A DNA stretch of 64,000 bases. It comes from Eledone cirrhosa. Taxonomy: Eukaryota. Of the stretch, positions 49,901 through 61,700 are shown one piece after another. Numbering within the stretch: the first letter of the stretch is position 1; each line of letters starts with the position of its first letter. The translations under genes were made by a program, and so were the position numbers. The stretch lies in the NCBI GenBank assembly GCA_964016885.1, contig OZ024743.1, positions 74,648,001 through 74,712,000 of the forward strand, in the 5' to 3' direction. Under the pieces are notes generated by a model, which was not told the origin of the DNA, did not search any database, and was given only the letters and a program-made list of their open reading frames with translations.

Positions 49901-52900
49901 GCCATAGACACCACAACACCTATCTGTAGCCATAGACACCACAACACCTATCTGTGACCATAGACACCACAACACCTATCTGTGACCATAGACACCACAA
50001 CACCTATCTGTGACAATAGACACCACAACACCTATCTGTAGCCATAGACACCACAACACCTATCTGTAGCCATAGACACCACAACACCTATCTGTGACCA
50101 TAGACACCACAACACCTATCTGTGACCATAGACACCACAACACCTATCTGTGACAATAGACACCACAACACCTATCTGTAGCCATAGATACCACAACACC
50201 TATATGTAGCCATAGACACCACAACACCTATCTGTAGCCATAGACACCACAACACCTATCTGTAGCCATAGACACCACAACACCTATCTGTAGCCATAGA
50301 CACCACAACACCTATCTGTGACCATAGACACCACAACACCTATCTGTGACCATAGACACCACAACACCTATCTGTGACAATAGACACCACAACACCTATC
50401 TGTAGCCATAGACACCACAACACCTATCTGTAGCCATAGACACCACAACACCTATCTGTGACCATAGACACCACAACACCTATCTGTGACCATAGACACC
50501 ACAACACCTATCTGTGACAATAGACACCACAACACCTATCTGTAGCCATAGACACCACAACACCTATCTGTAGCCATAGACACCACAACACCTATCTGTG
50601 ACCATAGACACCACAACACCTATCTGTGACCATAGACACCACAACACCTATCTGTGACCATAGATACCACAACACCTATCTGTAGCCATAGACACCACAA
50701 CACCTATCTGTGACCATAGACACCACAACACCTATATGTAGCCATAGACACCACAACACCTATCTGTGACCATAGACACCACAACACCTATCTGTAGCCA
50801 TAGACACCACAACACCTATCTGTGACCATAGACACCACAACACCTATCTGTGACCATAGACACCACAACACCTATCTGTGACCATAGACACCACAACACC
50901 TATCTCTAGCCATAGACACCACAACACCTATCTGTGACCATAGACACCACAACACCTATCTGTGACCATAGACACCACAACACCTATCTGTAGCCATAGA
51001 CACCACAACACCTATCTGTAGCCATAGATACCACAACACCTATCTGTAGCCATAGACACCACAACACCTATCTGTAGCCATAGACACCACAACCCCTATA
51101 TGTAGCCATAGATACCACAACACCTATCTGTGACCATAGACACCACAACACCTATCTGTGACCATAGACACCACAACACCTATCTGTGACAATAGACACC
51201 ACAACACCTATCTGTAGCCATAGACACCACAACACCTATCTGTAGCCATAGACACCACAACACCTATCTGTGACCATAGACACCACAACACCTATCTGTG
51301 ACCATAGACACCACAACACCTATCTGTGACCATAGACACCACAACACCTATCTGTGACAATAGACACCACAACACCTATCTGTAGCCATAGACACCACAA
51401 CACCTATCTGTAGCCATAGACACCACAACACCTATCTGTGACCATAGACACCACAACACCTATCTGTGACCATAGACACCACAACACCTATCTGTGACCA
51501 TAGATACCACAACACCTATCTGTAGCCATAGACACCACAACACCTATCTGTGACCATAGACACCACAACACCTATCTGTGACCATAGACACCACAACACC
51601 TATCTGTGACAATAGACACCACAACACCTATCTGTAGCCATAGATACCACAACACCTATATGTAGCCATAGACACCACAACACCTATCTGTAGCCATAGA
51701 CACCACAACACCTATCTGTGACCATAGACACCACAACACCTATCTGTAGCCATAGACACCACAACACCTATCTGTGACCATAGACACCACAACACCTATC
51801 TGTGACCATAGACACCACAACACCTATATGTAGCCATAGACACCACAAAACCTATCTGTGACCATAGACACCACAACACCTATCTGTGACCATAGACACC
51901 ACAACACCTATCTCTAGCCATAGACACCACAAAACCTATCTGTGACCATAGACACCACAACACCTATCTGTGACCATAGACACCACAACACCTATCTGTA
52001 GCCATAGACACCACAACACCTATCTGTAGCCATAGACACCACAACACCTATCTGTAGCCATAGATACCACAACACCTATATGTAGCCATAGACACCACAA
52101 CACCTATCTGTAGCCATAGACACCACAACACCTATCTGTAGCCATAGACACCACAACACCTATCTGTAGCCATAGACACCACAACACCTATCTGTGACCA
52201 TAGACACCACAACACCTATCTGTGACCATAGACACCACAACACCTATCTGTGACAATAGACACCACAACACCTATCTGTAGCCATAGATACCACAACACC
52301 TATATGTAGCCATAGACACCACAACACCTATCTGTAGCCATAGACACCACAACACCTATCTGTGACCATAGACACCACAACACCTATCTGTGACCATAGA
52401 CACCACAACACCTATCTGTGACAATAGACACCACAACACCTATCTGTAGCCATAGACACCACAACACCTATCTGTAGCCATAGACACCACAACACCTATC
52501 TGTGACCATAGACACCACAACACCTATCTGTGACCATAGACACCACAACACCTATCTGTGACAATAGACACCACAACACCTATCTGTAGCCATAGACACC
52601 ACAACACCTATCTGTAGCCATAGACACCACAACACCTATCTGTGACCATAGACACCACAACACCTATCTGTGACCATAGACACCACAACACCTATCTGTG
52701 ACCATAGATACCACAACACCTATCTGTAGCCATAGACACCACAACACCTATCTGTGACCATAGACACCACAACACCTATATGTAGCCATAGACACCACAA
52801 CACCTATCTGTGACCATAGACACCACAACACCTATCTGTAGCCATAGACACCACAACACCTATCTGTGACCATAGACACCACAACACCTATCTGTGACCA

Positions 52901-55700
52901 TAGACACCACAACACCTATCTGTGACCATAGACACCACAACACCTATCTCTAGCCATAGACACCACAACACCTATCTGTGACCATAGACACCACAACACC
53001 TATCTGTGACCATAGACACCACAACACCTATCTGTAGCCATAGACACCACAACACCTATCTGTAGCCATAGATACCACAACACCTATCTGTAGCCATAGA
53101 CACCACAACACCTATCTGTAGCCATAGATACCACAACACCTATATGTAGCCATAGACACCACAACACCTATCTGTAGCCATAGACACCACAACACCTATC
53201 TGTGACCATAGATACCACAACACCTGTCTGTAGCCATAGACACCACAACACCTATCTGTAGCCATAGACAACACAACACCTATCTGTAGCCATAGACACC
53301 ACAACCCCTATATGTAGCCATAGATACCACAACACCTATCTGTGACCATAGACACCACAACACCTATCTGTGACCATAGACACCACAACACCTATCTGTG
53401 ACAATAGACACCACAACACCTATCTGTAGCCATAGACACCACAACACCTATCTGTAGCCATAGACACCACAACACCTATCTGTGACCATAGACACCACAA
53501 CACCTATCTGTGACCATAGACACCACAACACCTATCTCTAGCCATAGACACCACAACACCTATCTGTGACCATAGACACCACAACACCTATCTGTGACCA
53601 TAGACACCACAACACCTATATGTAGCCATAGACACCACAATACCTATCTGTAGCCATAGACACCACAACACCTATCTGTGACCATAGACACCACAACACC
53701 TATCTGTAGCCATAGACACCACAACACCTATCTGTGACCATAGACACCACAACACCTATCTGTGACCATAGACACCACAACACCTATATGTAGCCATAGA
53801 CACCACAACACCTATCTGTAGCCATAGACACCACAACACCTATCTGTGACCATAGACACCACAACACCTATCTGTGACCATAGACACCACAACACCTATC
53901 TGTAGCCATAGACACCACAACACCTATCTGTAGCCATAGATACCACAACACCTATCTGTAGCCATAGACACCACAACACCTATCTGTAGCCATAGATACC
54001 ACAACACCTATATGTAGCCATAGACACCACAACACCTATCTGTAGCCATAGACACCACAACACCTATCTGTAGCCATAGACACCACAACACCTATCTGTA
54101 GCCATAGACACCACAACACCTATCTGTGACCATAGACACCACAACACCTATCTGTGACCATAGACACCACAACACCTATCTGTGACAATAGACACCACAA
54201 CACCTATATGAAGCCATAGACACCACAATACCTATCTGTAGCCATAGACACCACAACACCTACCTGTGACCATAGACACCACAACACCTATCTGTAGCCA
54301 TAGACACCACAACACCTATCTGTGACCATAGACACCACAACACCTATCTGTGACCATAGACACCACAACACCTATATGTAGCCATAGACACCACAACACC
54401 TATCTGTAGCCATAGACACCACAACACCTATCTGTAGCCATAGACACCACAACACCTATCTGTAGCCATAGACACCACAACACCTATCTGTAGCCATAGA
54501 TACCACAACACCTATCTGTAGCCATAGACACCACAACACCTATCTGTAGCCATAGATACCACAACACCTATCTGTAGCCATAGACACCACAACACCTATC
54601 TGTAGCCATAGACACCACAACACCTATATGTAGCCATAGACACCACAACACCTATCTGTGACCATAGACACCACAACACCTATCTGTAGCCATAGACACC
54701 ACAACACGTATCTGTAGCCATAGACACCACAACACCTATCTGTGACCATAGATACCACAACACCTGTCTGTAGCCATAGACACCACAACACCTATCTGTG
54801 ACCATAGACACCACAATACCTATCTGTGACCATAGATACCACAACACCTATCTGTAGCCATAGACACCACAACACCTATCTGTGACCATAGATACCACAA
54901 CACCTGTCTGTAGCCATAGACACCACAACACCTATCTGTAGCCATAGACACCACAACACCTATCTGTAGCCATAGACACCACAACCCCTATATGTAGCCA
55001 TAGATACCACAACACCTATCTGTGACCATAGACACCACAACACCTATCTGTGACCATAGACACCACAACACCTATCTGTGACAATAGACACCACAACACC
55101 TATCTGTAGCCATAGACACCACAACACCTATCTGTAGCCATAGACACCACAACACCTATCTGTGACCATAGACACCACAACACCTATCTGTGACCATAGA
55201 CACCACAACACCTATCTCTAGCCATAGACACCACAAAACCTATCTGTGACCATAGACACCACAACACCTATCTGTGACCATAGACACCACAACACCTATC
55301 TGTAGCCATAGACACCACAACACCTATCTGTAGCCATAGATACCACAACACCTATCTGTAGCCATAGACACCACAACACCTATCTGTAGCCATAGATACC
55401 ACAACACCTATATGTAGCCATAGACACCACAACACCTATCTGTAGCCATAGACACCACAACACCTATCTGTAGCCATAGACACCACAACACCTATCTGTA
55501 GCCATAGACACCACAACACCTATCTGTGACCATAGACACCACAACACCTATCTGTGACCATAGACACCACAACACCTATCTGTGACAATAGACACCACAA
55601 CACCTATCTGTAGCCATAGACACCACAACACCTATCTGTAGCCATAGACACCACAACACCTATCTGTGACCATAGACACCACAACACCTATCTGTGACCA
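47000..55700. repeat. Duplicated block with 5572-bp (199-unit) offset; boundaries approximate
   Basis: The rare T3A variant (tatgaagcc) occurs at 48639 and 54211, with matching unit order around both sites (about 47.0-50.1 kb versus 52.6-55.7 kb). Confidence 0.75.
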
Positions 55701-58700
55701 TAGACACCACAACACCTATCTGTGACCATAGATACCACAACACCTATCTGTAGCCATAGACACCACAACACCTATCTGTGACCATAGACACCACAACACC
55801 TATATGTAGCCATAGACACCACAACACCTATCTGTGACCATAGACACCACAACACCTATCTGTAGCCATAGACACCACAACACCTATCTGTGACCATAGT
55901 CACCACAACACCTATCTGTGACCATAGACACCACAACACCTATCTGTGACCATAGACACCACAACACCTATCTCTAGCCATAGACACCACAACACCTATC
56001 TGTGACCATAGACACCACAACACCTATCTGTGACCATAGACACCACAACACCTATCTGTAGCCATAGACACCACAACACCTATCTGTAGCCATAGATACC
56101 ACAACACCTATCTGTAGCCATAGACACCACAACACCTATCTGTAGCCATAGATACCACAACACCTATATGTAGCCATAGACACCACAACACCTATCTGTA
56201 GCCATATACACCACAACACCTATCTGTGACCATAGATACCACAACACCTGTCTGTAGCCATAGACACCACAACACCTATCTGTAGCCATAGACAACACAA
56301 CACCTATCTGTAGCCATAGACACCACAACCCCTATATGTAGCCATAGATACCACAACACCTATCTGTGACCATAGACACCACAACACCTATCTGTGACCA
56401 TAGACACCACAACACCTATCTGTGACAATAGACACCACAACACCTATCTGTAGCCATAGACACCACAACACCTATCTGTAGCCATAGACACCACAACACC
56501 TATCTGTGACCATAGACACCACAACACCTATCTGTGACCATAGACACCACAACACCTATCTCTAGCCATAGACACCACAACACCTATCTGTGACCATAGA
56601 CACCACAACACCTATCTGTGACCATAGACACCACAACACCTATATGTAGCCATAGACACCACAATACCTATCTGTAGCCATAGACACCACAACACCTATC
56701 TGTGACCATAGACACCACAACACCTATCTGTAGCCATAGACACCACAACACCTATCTGTGACCATAGACACCACAACACCTATCTGTGACCATAGACACC
56801 ACAACACCTATATGTAGCCATAGACACCACAACACCTATCTGTAGCCATAGACACCACAACACCTATCTGTGACCATAGACACCACAACACCTATCTGTG
56901 ACCATAGACACCACAACACCTATCTGTAGCCATAGACACCACAACACCTATCTGTAGCCATAGATACCACAACACCTATCTGTAGCCATAGACACCACAA
57001 CACCTATCTGTAGCCATAGATACCACAACACCTATATGTAGCCATAGACACCACAACACCTATCTGTAGCCATAGACACCACAACACCTATCTGTAGCCA
57101 TAGACACCACAACACCTATCTGTAGCCATAGACACCACAACACCTATCTGTGACCATAGACACCACAACACCTATCTGTGACCATAGACACCACAACACC
57201 TATCTGTGACAATAGACACCACAACACCTATATGTAGCCATAGACACCACAATACCTATCTGTAGCCATAGACACCACAACACCTACCTGTGACCATAGA
57301 CACCACAACACCTATCTGTAGCCATAGACACCACAACACCTATCTGTGACCATAGACACCACAACACCTATCTGTGACCATAGACACCACAACACCTATA
57401 TGTAGCCATAGACACCACAACACCTATCTGTAGCCATAGACACCACAACACCTATCTGTAGCCATAGACACCACAACACCTATCTGTAGCCATAGACACC
57501 ACAACACCTATCTGTAGCCATAGATACCACAACACCTATCTGTAGCCATAGACACCACAACACCTATCTGTAGCCATAGATACCACAACACCTATCTGTA
57601 GCCATAGACACCACAACACCTATCTGTAGCCATAGACACCACAACACCTATATGTAGCCATAGACACCACAACACCTATCTGTGACCATAGACACCACAA
57701 CACCTATCTGTGACCATAGACACCACAACACCTATCTGTGACCATAGACACCACAACACCTATATGTAGCCATAGACACCACAATACCTATCTGTAGCCA
57801 TAGACACCACAACACCTATCTGTGACCATAGACACCACAACACCTATCTGTAGCCATAGACACCACAACACCTATCTGTGACCATAGACACCACAACACC
57901 TATCTGTGACCATAGACACCACAACACCTATATGTAGCCATAGACACCACAACACCTATCTGTAGCCATAGACACCACAACACCTATCTGTGACCATAGA
58001 CACCACAACACCTATCTGTGACCATAGACACCACAACACCTATCTGTGACCATAGACACCACAACACCTATCTGTAGCCATAGACACCACAACACGTATC
58101 TGTGACCATAGACACCACAACACCTATCTGTAGCCATAGACACCACAACACCTATCTGTGACCATAGACACCACAACACCTATCTGTAGCCATAGACACC
58201 ACAACACGTATCTGTAGCCATAGACACCACAACACCTATCTGTGACCATAGATACCACAACACCTGTCTGTAGCCATAGACACCACAACACCTATCTGTG
58301 ACCATAGACACCACAATACCTATCTGTGACCATAGATACCACAACACCTATCTGTAGCCATAGACACCACAACACCTATCTGTGACCATAGATACCACAA
58401 CACCTGTCTGTAGCCATAGACACCACAACACCTATCTGTAGCCATAGACAACACAACACCTATCTGTAGCCATAGACACCACAACCCCTATATGTAGCCA
58501 TAGATACCACAACACCTATCTGTGACCATAGACACCACAACACCTATCTGTGACCATAGACACCACAACACCTATCTGTGACAATAGACACCACAACACC
58601 TATCTGTAGCCATAGACACCACAACACCTATCTGTAGCCATAGACACCACAACACCTATCTGTGACCATAGACACCACAACACCTATCTGTGACCATAGA

Positions 58701-61700
58701 CACCACAACACCTATCTCTAGCCATAGACACCACAACACCTATCTGTGACCATAGACACCACAACACCTATCTGTGACCATAGACACCACAACACCTATA
58801 TGTAGCCATAGACACCACAATACCTATCTGTAGCCATAGACACCACAACACCTATCTGTGACCATAGACACCACAACACCTATCTGTAGCCATAGACACC
58901 ACAACACCTATCTGTGACCATAGACACCACAACACCTATCTGTGACCATAGACACCACAACACCTATTTGTAGCCATAGACACCACAACACCTATCTGTA
59001 GCCATAGACACCACAACACCTATCTGTGACCATAGACACCACAACACCTATCTGTGACCATAGACACCACAACACCTATCTGTGACCATAGACACCACAA
59101 CACCTATCTGTAGCCATAGACACCACAACACGTATCTGTGACCATAGACACCACAACACCTATCTGTAGCCATAGACACCACAACACCTATCTGTGACCA
59201 TAGACACCACAACACCTATCTGTAGCCATAGACACCACAACACGTATCTGTAGCCATAGACACCACAACACCTATCTGTGACCATAGATACCACAACACC
59301 TGTCTGTAGCCATAGACACCACAACACCTATCTGTGACCATAGACACCACAATACCTATCTGTGACCATAGATACCACAACACCTATCTGTAGCCATAGA
59401 CACCACAACACCTATCTGTGACCATAGATACCACAACACCTGTCTGTAGCCATAGACACCACAACACCTATCTGTAGCCATAGACACCACAACACCTATC
59501 TGTAGCCATAGACACCACAACCCCTATATGTAGCCATAGATACCACAACACCTATCTGTGACCATAGACACCACAACACCTATCTGTGACCATAGACACC
59601 ACAACACCTATCTGTGACAATAGACACCACAACACCTATCTGTAGCCATAGACACCACAACACCTATCTGTAGCCATAGACACCACAACACCTATCTGTG
59701 ACCATAGACACCACAACACCTATCTGTGACCATAGACACCACAACACCTATCTCTAGCCATAGACACCACAAAACCTATCTGTGACCATAGACACCACAA
59801 CACCTATCTGTGACCATAGACACCACAACACCTATCTGTAGCCATAGACACCACAACACCTATCTGTAGCCATAGATACCACAACACCTATCTGTAGCCA
59901 TAGACACCACAACACCTATCTGTAGCCATAGATACCACAACACCTATATGTAGCCATAGACACCACAACACCTATCTGTAGCCATAGACACCACAACACC
60001 TATCTGTAGCCATAGACACCACAACACCTATCTGTAGCCATAGACACCACAACACCTATCTGTGACCATAGACACCACAACACCTATCTGTGACCATAGA
60101 CACCACAACACCTATCTGTGACAATAGACACCACAACACCTATCTGTAGCCATAGACACCACAACACCTATCTGTAGCCATAGACACCACAACACCTATC
60201 TGTGACCATAGACACCACAACACCTATCTGTGACCATAGACACCACAACACCTATCTGTGACCATAGATACCACAACACCTATCTGTAGCCATAGACACC
60301 ACAACACCTATCTGTGACCATAGACACCACAACACCTATATGTAGCCATAGACACCACAACACCTATCTGTGACCATAGACACCACAACACCTATCTGTA
60401 GCCATAGACACCACAACACCTATCTGTGACCATAGACACCACAACACCTATCTGTGACCATAGACACCACAACACCTATCTGTGACCATAGACACCACAA
60501 CACCTATCTCTAGCCATAGACACCACAACACCTATCTGTGACCATAGACACCACAACACCTATCTGTGACCATAGACACCACAACACCTATCTGTAGCCA
60601 TAGACACCACAACACCTATCTGTAGCCATAGATACCACAACACCTATCTGTAGCCATAGATACCACAACACCTATATGTAGCCATAGACACCACAACACC
60701 TATCTGTGACCATAGACACCACAACACCTATCTGTGACCATAGACACCACAACACCTATCTGTGACCATAGACACCACAACACCTATCTCTAGCCATAGA
60801 CACCACAACACCTATCTGTGACCATAGACACCACAACACCTATCTGTGACCATAGACACCACAACACCTATCTGTAGCCATAGACACCACAACACCTATC
60901 TGTAGCCATAGACACCACAACACCTATCTGTAGCCATAGATACCACAACACCTATATGTAGCCATAGACACCACAACACCTATCTGTAGCCATATACACC
61001 ACAACACCTATCTGTGACCATAGATACCACAACACCTGTCTGTAGCCATAGACACCACAACACCTATCTGTAGCCATAGACAACACAACACCTATCTGTA
61101 GCCATAGACACCACAACCCCTATATGTAGCCATAGATACCACAACACCTATCTGTGACCATAGACACCACAACACCTATCTGTGACCATAGACACCACAA
61201 CACCTATCTGTGACAATAGACACCACAACACCTATCTGTAGCCATAGACACCACAACACCTATCTGTAGCCATAGACACCACAACACCTATCTGTGACCA
61301 TAGACACCACAACACCTATCTGTGACCATAGACACCACAACACCTATCTCTAGCCATAGACACCACAACACCTATCTGTGACCATAGACACCACAACACC
61401 TATCTGTGACCATAGACACCACAACACCTATATGTAGCCATAGACACCACAATACCTATCTGTAGCCATAGACACCACAACACCTATCTGTGACCATAGA
61501 CACCACAACACCTATCTGTAGCCATAGACACCACAACACCTATCTGTGACCATAGACACCACAACACCTATCTGTGACCATAGACACCACAACACCTATA
61601 TGTAGCCATAGACACCACAACACCTATCTGTAGCCATAGACACCACAACACCTATCTGTGACCATAGACACCACAACACCTATCTGTGACCATAGACACC

